Below, piece by piece: positions 27,401-40,212 of a DNA stretch of 64,000 nucleotides (its first letter is position 1; each line of letters begins with the position of its first letter). The stretch spans positions 1 through 64,000 of the forward strand of contig NMRA01000757.1 of the NCBI GenBank assembly GCA_002633005.1, written 5' to 3'. Position numbers and translations under genes: made by a program. The notes under the pieces were generated by a model. That model saw only the letters and a program-made list of their open reading frames with translations, had not been told where the DNA came from and did no database searches. The DNA comes from Phoronis australis (lineage: Eukaryota; Animalia; Phoronida).

Positions 27401-30400
27401 TTTACAATTGACAATGGACAATATTTGGGATTTCTGACACAACACAAAGCCTACTGGTCAAGCATTGGTTGAAAACAAACATGACTTCATAACTGAATTG
27501 GGGACAACTTTATGTCACCTCCCTTAGGCAATAGCAACCCTGGGGGGTGGGGGTACTCAACTACATCAACTATATTTTTAACAGTGGGTGCTGAGCAGAG
27601 ACAACGGGGGGGGGGGGTACTTAACTGTATTTTTAACGGTGGGCAGAGTTGGATAATCGTGACACCTATTGGATTTAGAAAGTAGACATGGACAAAGAAG
27701 AGACCCATTTAATGTGAGATTCGATGAGTCACCCTTTCGTAGGATTTAGTTATAACAGTGCACACAAGAAGATGTCTTGTTGTCAAAAAGGAGCGAACCT
27801 TGTTAAAGGGAACTATGTCAGAAAAGCCACTCTTGGAGATTTTTGAAAATACATTTTTGGAGAAACCAGTCATGAAAATGTCACTCTCATGACAGACACT
27901 TCCTGTTTACCTGTATGGAAAACCCCCCCGACAATTTCATGACCAACCACTCCTGGATGTATTCAACTCAGCAATATATTCCCCAAGGTTCATATTCCCC
28001 CCAAAGTTCAACAGGTCTTTGTAACTCACTTTGTTTTGAAGTACCTCCACATGCCAGGTTATGTGCGATATGCCAGGTTATGAAAATGTTTAAACATTGC
28101 TGTCCAAAAGTAAAGATTACAAATAAATATTTTTGTGTCAAAGTTTGTTTTTCCAGTGAAGTATAAACAAACAGAGTGAAAGTTCACAAAAACATTCAAA
28201 GTGATATGAACTGAAGCAAGGTGAAGTTGGCCAAACACTCAGCCACTCACATGTCAAATCTCCCAATGTTTCTGACAGCACCAAGTCTGAATAGCTGGGC
28301 AGTGTTGTGAGACAAGTTACCCAGACTTTCACACCTATGGATAGCATGCCACTGCTCCCAGTACATAGACACCACTGCTCCCAGTATATGGGACGTGTTT
28401 CTTTTTCATTCTCATGTATGAAACACTTTTACGTCTTCTCGAAACAGATAATGCGATTGCAATTGACTATAGGCAATATTTCCATTCAGAGATCAGTTTA
28501 ATGCCTTCCACTACTCAACCATTTCACCTCAATCTTGCGTCTTTTGATAATTTAATTTTGTCATAAATTGTACTTTTGGTAAATGTGAAGTTCCTATTTC
28601 CCATGCAGTTTTTGAAGTACTTAATACAATGACGTGACTGGTACTCTAGCATTCCCAGAGGATGAAAATGAATTTTTTCACTTTAATTTGTGGTGGTTTT
28701 TGTATGTCTGAGAAGGTTAAAATACCAATTTACATGCAGCATAGACCTTTAGCTTCACCTATGAGTCAGTCATACAATACTAAAATGAACCCAACTCCTA
28801 GGTTGAAGGAAATCAAAGTAATTACCACTAGTTAGAAACATTAAAAACAGGTTTCCTAGTGAAACCAGACGGCAAATTATGGACTTGACCCTTGCTCTTT
28901 TATTACTTGTTCAGTTGTTGCACCAAAATCCAAGAGGATGACAATGGCCTTAGGTCCAATTATTCCACATTATCCTGGCGGTGCCTTGATCTCACTTTAC
29001 TGAGTGGAGAATGATGATTCCCATTCAGTTAACTAATACATTATTTCACAGTGCCTTTAGCTAAAAACTTCATTAGTGTAACAGAAGTGGTCAGAAAGTC
29101 GTAATTTGACACAGTCCATAAGGGGCCAGTGGTCCACTATAAAGAATTGTACTGTTTCAACTGAATATAGTAGCTGGAACAAGAAGGTACAGCAGTTGAC
29201 ATATGTCGGTGAATATCGAAAGAACATGTCAATCGCTTTCATGTCTAGGAAAGTGCTGAAAGCAATTCTGCCAATGAATGAGTCAAGTTTGACCATTCCT
29301 TTGGGCATGAATTTAAAATTGCAGTTTCTCCTGTTTAGCTGGCTGAAAACGAAAATCATATTAGGCCTTTTACTCTCGTATTTCTTAATGTGATAAGATT
29401 CCATTTCCCCAAGCAGCTCAAGTTGCAAGCAATGCATACACGCTTTCACAAAGCTACAAAATGCAGCACTGTCGACTGTTGTTTAAAATGGCTTCTCATT
29501 TGTTAAAGTAATGAGACAGACATTATAACATTCAGTCATTCCCATTGGTTGAAATCTGGTAAATAACGTAGAAAATAAATCTGAAACTAAATAAGGCGAT
29601 CCAGATCCTCCCAAGGATACTATTGTTTCACGAAATGTAAGATATAAATAGGTAAATAAAACAACAAGAATGAATCAACTGAAATTTTTGGATGTAGTCA
29701 CGTCCTTTGTCAACAGAAACAGTTACCGAGTATGGCAACCACCTTTGACTTGAATAGTTGCATTTTATTAAAATGGGCAGTGATCGAAGTAAACAAAATC
29801 AAGGGAACCCCAATCCAGTGGCTTAAGCCACACAAGTACAGTGCATAAAGGCGTGTGCAAGTGGTGGCGATGTTATCGGTATACTTCCCACCAAGGCATG
29901 TGCATTGATGCTCACACAAGGAATTCCGTGTGTCGTTCATCGTGTTCCACAGGTCCACTTTTCAGTATAGGTGGCGCTGCGTCAGAGGATAAAGCAATGC
30001 ATACATGTGCATTTTGGAATATCGCTGGTTCCCTGCATGTCTTAGGGGGTAGAGAATATGAAGGTTTCATTCAGTAGCACACATCTTGTCACTGGTTGAT
30101 GTGACCTTGGTAGTCATTGGTTAGCTTCACAACAAAGAAAGAATATGGCGGACTTCGTTTAACCATAGAATAATAGTCTGTGCAAGTGGCGTGACAGCAA
30201 ATATTTTGTTTCTGCAGTAATGTTTAATAGCCGCCTGCTTCAAGTTGAAGCACATACCAGGTACAATGCACACACATCTAGCCCAGTGTGTTATTCATAC
30301 TGTGTGAATACAGGACAGCAAAGTAAACAAAAGTCAGCCTGTGACAGTAAAAAAATGCACCCGAAAGGGCACAACCAAAACTTTCTGATTCACATTTCTT

Positions 30401-33400
30401 GAACATGGATTCAGCACAGATTTGTCTGTACAACAGACCACAAACTACATCTACATTTACACTTCCTCGTTCAGTCATGCGCTACCTGTTAAGAATTTGA
30501 CCAGCCAATCAAAATTGCCGGTGTAAACAAAATTTCCTAGGAAAATAAAATGATACCTGCATGTTCTCTACCCCCTAGCGGACATGCAGGGAACCAGTGA
30601 GTTTTTGAATTCGCAATTTTAGGGTTGACCAATCCCAATAAATTTTTAAACATTTTCTTGAGTCACTGGTGGTTTTGATGTTCTTGTTAGAAACAATAAT
30701 AGAATCAGGTCACAATAGAGAATATTTTGCAACTTTCTCAGTGGTGGATTTAGGGGTGCCACGGGGGCCCTCTAAAACTCCCATATTCCATTTCGCAGTT
30801 TGGGGGTGCAAAAATCTGACGGACAAAATCCTGACTAATACTCTGCCCTGGTACCTCCCTAACTCAAAATTCTGGATTCGCCCCTGTTACTTGAAGAGAG
30901 TAAAAGGCCAATGCGAAATGAAGCACCAACAAGTCACGTGATAGCAAGTCACGTGATAGCAACTCCCGTGAGATGATGTTTCGGCCTGTTCAGTCTATGG
31001 CTTCAAGAAACTAGATTTTTGCACAGGCGTCCTCAGCTTCTGATCGTCCCCAATACACTACATGATATAATACTATTACTAATAATAGTATTATATGTAG
31101 TGTATTGGGGACGATCAGAAGCTGAGGACGCCTGTGGATTTTTGCATTAGATAACTCACCTCTGGACTCCTTGCCGTAGGTGTGTCTGGCAGTGATACAC
31201 TTGCGACCATGACAGACTCTCTTCTCAAACAGAGACGGGCATTTCTTCCCGCCGTTACTAGAGGGCACGACGACGGTTCTTTTCCTTGTCACTTGCCCAC
31301 GACCGCACTCACGCGAACATCGACCCCACCGTTCCCACGAGGACACGCGACAGTCTACGGCTGTAAAATTGAAGTAATTAGTGTTAGCTATGTTGTAGTG
31401 TTGTAGCATTAATAGGCTATGATATCCTTCGTATCAAGTCACTAGATATCGGAGATATCGTTGTACTCGTGATATCCTTCGTATCAAGTCACTAGATATC
31501 GGAGATATCGTTGCACTCGTCTGCACGCGTTGGCTACATTCTTACAGATGTCATTAGCTGGCGAGATGAATTTTGTTTATTGAAATTTTAAACAAGCAAA
31601 AGTGACATAACAATCCCCATGTTTCCCGTAGGCTAAATATCCGGACTTCGAAATGGGCCGTCTTGAATATTGAAATGTGTTAATTGATATATTATTACAT
31701 TTGTAGCGAGCGACTTTTGAACGACTTAGGGCATCCCTTTTCGACGAAAACAACCGAATAAATATTCATTTTCTTTAGTGTTTAGTAACAGCAAAGCTCA
31801 AGACTATTAATTCATGTATTTGTGTCTTTTCACATGTTCATCTACCTTTCTCTCATACTAGTATGGGTTATCGTTTCATTCGTGTTAGTTAAAATGATAG
31901 CTCCATCGAATCACTCTTGTCGCCGCACGGCTCCACGAAGCGTTCGACGCAATTCAAAATCCAGCGCTGCGTGAAAGAGCATAATCTTCGTGCCAAACGG
32001 GCGTGATTGTTTAACGCATCTGTTTCGTACAAAGTGCAAATTTCTGACCATGTCATTCTCAATGGTGCCATTAACTTGCATGGAAGTTGGAACTATACGA
32101 AACCTGAAACAACACCCAAAACGCCAGTTGCCGAGCATTCCACTGCTTCCAGTTTCGATTTTAAACAATGTTTAAAATGTGTGTTTGCGTTGAGTGTAAT
32201 CAAGAATATAGCGATTTCGTGAACATGTATAAAATGTTCAAGCAAAAGTGAGAAACCCACTGCATTCGCAATAATTGGAATCGTGAATAAGATGGTAAGG
32301 TGGTAAGAAACCTTTAAAATACACGGTAATTAAGTTGCGATTAATTCCGTTGTAGTTGCAAATGATTCATTCAGTGCTAATAGATTTTTCATTGTGAAGA
32401 CCCAGTCCCACTGGTTACTAACCGGCTTACGCGAATATTGACTACCCTGTACGTAAAAGACCATGAATATTGGCTATCTAATGTCCAGACCCTTGAACCT
32501 CAGGCTGAAGTAGCGGCCATTGCCTTTCAAGAGGTTTACAGGCTACGCGATCAAGTGTTCTCAATACGACATACCTACAAAAACATCGACTTCGGAATTT
32601 TAAGCCCACTCTTCACCGTCATTGACAACTTACCAAAAGTTGATTCTACGTTGTATAACATTTCCTCATTACAAGCCATTATAATCCAATATTAGGAGTT
32701 TAGAGCCGTGGTTTAGGGCCAACGTCTTATTATCCCAGTCGCGATTCAGCGACTGAATTTCCAAAGGGTAATAGCATGTGTATCAGCTTCTACTCATATT
32801 CCGCAATGCACTTCCGTAGACACTGGTGTGTTACAGGAGTCTTAGATTGCCATGGCTAGTTTGATGCTCTTTATTCAGTAAATGGAGAAAACTGGTTCTC
32901 AAAATGCAGGTTCTCTGTAAGTGACTATTACCCTTCCGTGCGTACAAGACTGGTATAGGTTTTCTGAAAGCATCTACTCCAACCTTTCGCATCTAAGCAG
33001 AACTTAACATTTCCTGAAACTGACCGAGGCCTGCCACTGGTAAAGCCTAATATCGGTAAGTCAGCTTGTCCGACGTTACCAGTGACCCCAATTTTAAGCA
33101 CTAAATACTGTATAACACTCAAAGAGAAGCATAGACAGTACTTTTACTATATCTCGAAGCACGCGAATGAAGAAAGTTCTCGATATCGCATGCAAAACAC
33201 GCAAGAACCAAACTTCAAAAAATCCGAGCAATGACAACAGAAAACTTACACACGTTGCCCACTGGCAACTACAGCTTAGTTATTTGAATGTTTCAGGCTG
33301 AAATGAAGCTAAGAGCATGCTAGCAGCAGATTTTTATCATACCACAACAAAAAAATACCCCCAGCAAGAAGAGAAAGTGGCTGAAGAGAAAGGGTGGACA

Positions 33401-36400
33401 GATGAGAAAAAAATGACATCCTCGTGCGCTGATATACACCACGTGACACAAGCAGCCAGCATCCTCACGTGCGCACCGAAAGCATGCTACTTCGTTTTCT
33501 CTGCAAGCCTGTACTTACGTATTTGGAACACCTTTTTTATTTCGAACACCCCTATAAGCAATAACTTGAAGTCTCAACGAAAGAAATCGAAACCCTGTTG
33601 CCAACTATGGGATACCGTACACTGTATTGAGCAAGTGAGCAAAATGTACTGGTACTGGAAGCACATGCATGAAAATAAACAAGTCAATATTTAAGCAAAT
33701 ACAACTCAGGTAACAGGCCCAATATCATTTTGTAAACAAAATTATTCGAAACAAATGGTCGGCGCGGTCGTTATCCTAAATTCTGGATTGACACGAGCAC
33801 TCCACTCGAAATCGTACGGTGTCAAGAGGTTTTAAGTAAAGAAACGGTTCTTAACGAGATTGTTACTCGAGGCCATTCGAACGCGTCCATCAACGGTTTT
33901 CTCCTACAGTGTCGTCTTCTATAACTATTATAAGGATAGATAATAATGTCATTACAAGAACATTTGCGTCTATTTACGAGTGCCCATGATTACGATGTAG
34001 GCTGACAATGGGTGTGTATTCGGACTTCACTGTGTGTTATTGTCGTCTGCTCGTAGGAGGCGTGGTATCTCCGTGCAGCCAGCATGTTTGTTTGGGTGAG
34101 CGATGACGTATATGTATTATTGATACAGGTAATGATAACTTCGAACACATGTACTTTAAAACAAAGTTATGACAGCTTCTCCTGGATGAGGCAATGTACT
34201 GTGTAACTGGAAAACACCAGGGATACGACAATTAAACGGTTATAAAAACGAAAATAATAACTGGGGTTTTAAGTCGTGTTTTTATTAAAAACCCACATGT
34301 ACTCTACAGAGGATCACTGTAACCATGAGGTAGTAGTTTTAATGCGAAACGAAACATTTTTAGTACAAGAGAAGATTAAACTTATTTTAAATTTTTATGG
34401 TCCAGGGAAGACGTGCCCTCTTTGAATTAAAAAAAAAACAGTCAGGAAAATAAATAATACAATATTCAATTGTTCTATTCCGTATTTGCCAACACGAGCT
34501 TGTGGTAGTTGTTATGTACATTTCAACGTAGGAGCCGCTGGTTGGACAAACTGAAGACAGATGGGTGAATGAATGTCTTCAAAGTAGGAGAAGATTACCC
34601 ATTACAAGACCCTAGCGGCCGGATCGAGGGTGTCGTGAGGAGGGCCCAAACAATATTTTAAAGGGCTGCATAAGCCTTAAACCGACATGCTGGCGCCGTT
34701 TTTAGTAGTGTCCGTGATGAGGCCTACGCAAGGCGCTGGTCTATTATTACCAAAGATTTTATAGTTGATATAGTATCTTTGTCATTATTATGCATCATCA
34801 GCTTTGTACAGTAACGAACGTCACTACACGTTGCCAATCGTGGACTTGTTCCAGACCTTGGTCTGTCGTTACTATCTATGACATGACACTTCAGAACTAT
34901 TATTTCCCGTCGACCGACGTTCTCAGTCAACACCTCCACGCGGCAGTGATGTTTGACAAATAAAACCACGAAAGCGACCTTCGTTCAAGTGAAACAAAAA
35001 ATGACCTGTGTACCTAGCATGACGTCACAACCCAGCAAAACTCTCTTTAAATTGTCCCGGTGGTTTAAGATAAAGTGTTTCGTACGTATAAACACGAGAT
35101 TCTGAGAAAAACAAAAAATTCATACCGAAAATTTTAGGAACTCTTGCCCAATCGTTTACTGATAAACTAGTTTTACATATCGCCATGGTTATCTGACTAT
35201 AAAACGAATCAAGCCCCTTACTCCACAAGCTGGTCTCTTAATATTCGTCATTACCACCATAGAATTCTTTTTCCTTACCAACGCGATTCCTAAGTAATGT
35301 GTACCTGCGCCATTTTCCAATTTAACGGTTGTTTCGATGTTCTTGTTGTTGGAAACGGAAATAGAATTCTGTCGCAGTAAGGGATATTCATTATTGGGAG
35401 GCTGATTTTAGGAGACTAAACAGTTAAATTCTACTTTCGTTTTTTAGTCTGCCAATCAGGGCGAAATTCTGATTAATAAGAAGAAGCAAATATCTGATAT
35501 CGTGCGTCATGCGCGGCGCAAAAGGCCCAGTTACTCTTACCGGGTAAAACTCGGTTACTTTGAAGTTCACTAAATTATTGTTAAGCAATTTTTGTTTACT
35601 GGCCAGATTTGTTCACGAATTAGTCGCCTTGGAAATTCTACAGACGTCTGGATTCTGTTGTGTCGGGCCAGATTGTCAACACTGCGTGTCCAGGTGCTTC
35701 TCGCCATTACATGAGAAGTATTTATCGGATGTTTTTAGAGCACAATCTGTCGCGAGTGGAGTGTCAACATTTTTATAGAAGCGACACTTTAATCATTGAA
35801 GAGAGCATAAGCCTGTTGACCAACGTGATATTTAGACCTGCCTAACATAATCCTGTCTGACTGGTGATCGAAGAAACTGTCCCAGCTTGACACCAAGTAA
35901 ATGGATCTAGATTTGGGTCTTTTTAAGTCTTCACTGACATAACCCGTGTCTGTCTGGTGGTCGAGGAAACCGTGCGTTCTTGACACTATGTAAATGACCT
36001 TTAGATTTTGTTCGATGCTTCCACCAGGTGGTGCTCGCACACTCCATGAACGTCCGTACTGTATGGTATTAGTCCATGTTCTCTCGATCAGTAACTAAGC
36101 AGCATTTTGACATTCCAAATATGACGACATTGAAGACTACCGAGTCGGGGCATCGGTGGTGCCGATTCCTTTTAGTGAGGTCAGAATGGCAGTGATGATT
36201 TCCAAAACAAACAGTGGCACCTCAAATGCAATTGAGAGAACCGAATTTTCAATGAAATTAGAAGCGGAAGGGGTAACAAAAGAGCAATTCTTCTAGTCTA
36301 TTAACGGAAATTTTAATCTCGCTGGAATTCTCTAGATTTTTTCGAATTTCTAAAATTTCATAAGGCATCCGAGCAGAGTAGTGGGGTTGCCCGGAATGAT

Positions 36401-37406
36401 CCGTTTGTTCACTGATTGAATACAGTGAGGTCGCGTTTGCGAGGAGGATTATCGCTCTCCTGAGGTAATGAGCGACAAGCGACATACATCAATATAAGCC
36501 GCTGGTTATTAAGTAAATTCTACAGTCAATTACACTGTTGATTACCTAGTGTTATATATAAAGTGCACGCTCTATATCTGATTAACCGTAATCTTTCACA
36601 TACATCTCAGTCCAAACTAACGTACAACACTGACCAGAGAACAGGGGAAGGCCACAGACGACATTTTGACTAGAATCTGGAAGAAATAACTTTTCTTTTG
36701 ATTTGATTTGTGGCAATTTGTGAAAGCCAGCAAATATTCGTGTTTTAAACAGCAACGTCATTATTTCGTTAGCTTCACTTATTCTGTGTCGTTTTGAATT
36801 TAACATGTTAATTGAAAATCTAAGGTATTCATGTCTCGATCGGCTGTGTCTGTGCTGCGTCAGTTGTTAGAAAACGAATATCGCAAGTGGTTCATTCACC
36901 CAAACTATTTGCAAGTTCTTTTCATTCATTGGAAGTACTCAGTTTCAAAATTAGAGTTAATGTCCATTCAATAAATTACGCCACATGAGTTTAAGATAAC
37001 AAAACAAAGCAAAATACAATACACTGGTAAAGGAAATTTGTGTGGCTGTTCAAATCTCTTGTTTGCATAGACCACAAACACAAGGCTGGAATAACAAATG
37101 AAGCCAGACCTCCAATGAGCGATGACGTAAGTACGTACCCATTGGCTAATTGCAGCTGGCTACCCAGAGGAACCACCTACCTGTACAACTTTCTTGATAG
37201 TCCGCGCAACAGTCCTTCATTTTGAGGCAGTTTTCGTCGCAAAAGCATCGGCCGGAGAAACTTTTCCCCGTCAACCTCGGTCCCGTAGAATAGCAAGTGC
37301 TATTTCTGCCTGGACAGCACAACTTTTGACAGCCGACCGCCTCGGCTGGGCCGCTTTGACTTGCTATGGCTGCAAAGCATATACAGAGAGCTAATGTGGT
37401 CTTCAT
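12419..37406 (-). CDS. SBSPON: Somatomedin-B and thrombospondin type-1 domain-containing protein (RPE-spondin), complete; exons 37406-37181, 31360-31160, 17975-17849, 12725-12419; 286 aa
   Basis: Signal peptide MKTTLALCICFAAIA; SMB domain (CCPGRNSTC...CFCDENCLKMKDCCADYQESC); TSP1 domain (VDCRVSSWERWGRCSRECGRG...NGGKKCP); linker ETARILP...; C-terminal domain YC...ICVECQP...RCQGHG...CHGRW...ending SFIFI*, the family's C-terminus. GT-AG junctions, phases 1/1/2, total 861 bp. Confidence 0.93.
13328..13762. repeat. Minisatellite, ~70-75-bp unit x6 with a variable internal (TA)n, in SBSPON intron 3
   Basis: CACTGTTCTCCAAGAGGTCCTCCT(TA)nTTTAAGTAGCTATATAACTCACCTTCTATCACAAAA repeated. Confidence 0.95.
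14692..14840. repeat. Minisatellite, ~41-bp unit x ~3.5
   Basis: GCTTAATATGTACACATTAAGCCTATATGGGACCTTATTGA repeated. Confidence 0.9.
22800..23124. repeat. Diverged minisatellite, ~58-bp unit x ~5.5
   Basis: ACTTTGCACAAAACATTCTCACTGTCCTCAATT...GAGTATCTATAC recurs. Confidence 0.85.
24240..24387 (+). mobile_element. MITE family A, copy 2
   Basis: CAGGGGCGGATCCAGGATTTTGAGTTAG...AAATCCGCCAGTG; flanks GGTAT/GGTAC. Confidence 0.85.
30023..30599. mobile_element. Non-autonomous DNA transposon with ~50-bp imperfect TIRs starting C(A/G)CTGGTTCCCTGCATGTC (CMC/EnSpm-like terminus)
   Basis: 30023-30071 is an imperfect reverse complement of 30549-30599; no TSD resolved. Confidence 0.6.
30739..30886 (-). 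mobile_element. MITE family A, copy 3
   Basis: CAGTGGTGGATTTAGGGG...AAAATTCTGGATTCGCCCCTG; flanks TTTCT/TTACT. Confidence 0.8.
31022..31136. mobile_element. 115-bp foldback MITE with a perfect 8-bp TSD (GATTTTTG)
   Basis: 42-bp perfect inverted arms CACAGGCGTCCTCAGCTTCTGATCGTCCCCAATACACTACAT, a 3-nt bulge, 12 further bp and a 4-nt loop; GATTTTTG at 31014-31021 and 31137-31144. Confidence 0.9.
31419..31520. repeat. Tandem duplication, ~51-bp unit x2
   Basis: TGATATCCTTCGTATCAAGTCACTAGATATCGGAGATATCGTTG.ACTCGT twice. Confidence 0.9.
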
Positions 37407-37469
37407 AATTATATGTCTGTTCTGGTTCTGCTCACAGACTGCACAGGTTCCACGTACAATTGAACCTCC

Positions 37470-37477
37470 TTTATATA
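37470..37477 (-). promoter_or_regulatory. Candidate TATA box (TATATAAA) of the SBSPON-like gene
   Basis: ~65 bp upstream of the ATG; CCAAT boxes and several TGACG half-sites lie at 37530-37755. Confidence 0.55.
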
Positions 37478-40130
37478 TCGTACCAGATGAGGCAAGAGGT
37501 CAAATGTCAAGACCGCGTTCACCGCCCGCTTTGACGCTTATCACACAGCCTTCGGTTGAATCACGGATTATTTCTTTCTTGAAGGATTAATGACGCTTCT
37601 GTCCTCTCAGCCAATCCTTTTGTTTAAAGACCAGTCGGGTGACGAACCGAACGGGGTGAGCGACGGCCTCTGTCTGGTACCTGATGCAGACGATTAAATT
37701 CCTATTTAAGAATCGATTGCCAACCTGACGTTTGATTGGTCGAAAGTTCATTGGACAGTATGGATTTCACCTCGGGTACACGAGGTCTCAATATGACACG
37801 TCGGGAGATGGACTGAAGAAAAACTGCTGCGCTGATTCCTGCTCGGACTACGGTCCCTTTTTATCTATTGTGGACAACAAAAGGTGTGTAAAGTAAGCGG
37901 GAGAGCGTGGAAAAGAAATGAAAAATTCCTGTGCCAGTATTTTCACGGATATTGGCCGGGGACTGGGTACACTTTAGAGTTGTAATTGTGGACAACCTGA
38001 ACGCAGGTGTGTAGGCGGGATTTTCATGTTTTTAGTATTTTGGTGAATGTCTGCAGCTTTGGATTCGGTGGCAAAATGGTATTTTAGAACGACATGTTGG
38101 TTATTTTTAGATGAAATATCTATTAAACTGCGAACTGTTGCTGGAATGATGGCCGTTATTGGTTTGATTATTAGGTTTCGAAAATTTTCATTTTGCACGA
38201 TTTCGGTGACAGCAGGAAGAGGAGCGCCGTGTATTTCACTGTTTATATCGCTTCGTACGCATCCGTTTCACTCATTGCCTGATGATGATGTGACATGCGG
38301 TCTCGAAATATTGCTAGTGTTTTAATTTGTTTGTTAAGTCTCTCGGTGTTTTGCTATACAGTTGCACCTCTGAAGAAAGGAGATTGTTTTGACACTATGA
38401 ACGAGTTTGTATTACGCTGTCAAAGAAAAAGTCCAGTCGTGTTTTCAAAGAAGTTTGTGTTAACGAAGGGCTGCTACTGAACTATACAGATAATTATTTA
38501 CTAAACTCCTAAATGTCGCTGGAATGATGGCCGTTATTGGTTTAATTATTAGGTTCTGAAATGTTTCGTTTTGCACGATTTGAAACATTTGGGGAAAACT
38601 GCAACCCATGATTATTTCATAATGATGCTAAGCCGTGGAATTGGTCAAATAGTATTGAATTGAACTTTACGGTTAAACTGTGGCCGTATCTTTTTGGTGA
38701 GTCTGCGGGCTTACTCTTACTGAGTCTCCGTGATTTTCTGCGACCAGGGCCCGGGACCTAATATTTGTACTTGAAACTTGCCTGGAAAATTGACTAATTA
38801 CATGGCACGCTTCGAGTGAACATAATTCTGAACTCGGATCGTGGCCGACCTATTTTAGTTCCAGTCAACTGTGTTACGCACCATTTCTCTCTGAAAAAAT
38901 CCCTCCAAACTCTGACCTGCTCACACTTGACCGGTCACAATACCCCCTCATTATTTAGACCTCAGCCAAACTGAGAGTTTGAACTCTCCCTTAATTTCGG
39001 CGAATTACTGTACGTAATGAGGTTTTCGCCCTCGTGTGACTCAAGGTCTTCACTTCCACAGATTGGTGTTTACATCGGGTTTATTGATGTAACCAAACCG
39101 TAAAATGATTATCGAAGATAATGAGATCGTCTTTCATCTTGTTACGACCACATTTCCACCAGCAGTAAAACACTTGACCATACGCTTCCTCACAATGCAC
39201 TAAGTCTGTTGTGATTAGGCGGTGACGTGGAGTCGAGCACGTCGGGTTAATTGGCTTCAATTAATTGTCTAACTTGCTCATCCGTATGGCACATTGGATA
39301 GGTGGCCGATCACATCTGGAAAGGCTGCTGAGAACATAGATAACGGTCACAACACCAGGGAGAGCTGTCGCGTAGGGGTCTGGCGCGCTTTGCTGACCTT
39401 ATTAAGCTAAATCGAACGCGCTTACCACGAACAGATTGTCTTTAGTACTAACATTAAGGTTTCCATTTCACACAATCAAATATTAATTTGTTTTTCTGAT
39501 GAAAATCGTGTCTTGAGCAATGTAGGAGTGACAACGTCAAATTATGTTTTCACGATTATCTTAGATTACAAATGGACTATTAGGCAATGTTTACTCGTTA
39601 TGCAACCGCCAAAGAAAACTTACAACATATGCAAACAAAAGCTTGGTATATATCAACATGACAAGGGCGATTTATAACAACTTGCAACATGCAACGGTAT
39701 TTAGTTAAATGATTTCTGTATTTGTGGTTTCTTTGTTCATTGTAAAGTTCATGCCAGATGGTTTTATGACCCAGTATTTTCTCCGAAATGACACGCTAGT
39801 CAGCGTGACGTAAACAGCACCGAAACTTGCGAAAAACGCCAAGCTTACCAGGTCTAATGTAAACTCCAACGAACATAGTGCACTCGATAATTAGTTCATT
39901 TCGTTTTTATTGCGGTTGGCCATGTTATAAGGTTAATGACGATTAATGACGTCACTGTGAAATCATCGAAACAGGCGTTGAGACTAGAGCCGTGATAGTA
40001 GTCCGTTTCGCTCCACATCATTCAAGTTAAATGCGTGCGTTAAAAAATTATGTTTCAATCGTTTCCTTTCGGCAATTCAAAGACTTTATTTCTAACCTTT
40101 AAAAAATAGTTGTTTTTTTGAATTATGACA

Positions 40131-40212
40131 GAGGGTGAGAGAGGGAGAGGGAGAGGGAGAGGGAGAGGGAGATGGAGAGGGAGAGGGAGAGGGAGAGGGA
40201 GGGAGGGACGGA
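40131..40212. repeat. (GGGAGA)n purine microsatellite
   Basis: Directly visible; source of the spurious PLPLPL ORF. Confidence 0.95.

Noticed and set aside
32438-32695. Protein-like 85-aa ORF in SBSPON intron 1
   Set aside because: Non-ATG start, no recognisable family, no convincing splice partners.
37790-37896. NCCADSCSDY on the + strand, echoing the SMB motif DCCADY
   Set aside because: Short frame with no nearby in-frame ATG or splice context; chance match.
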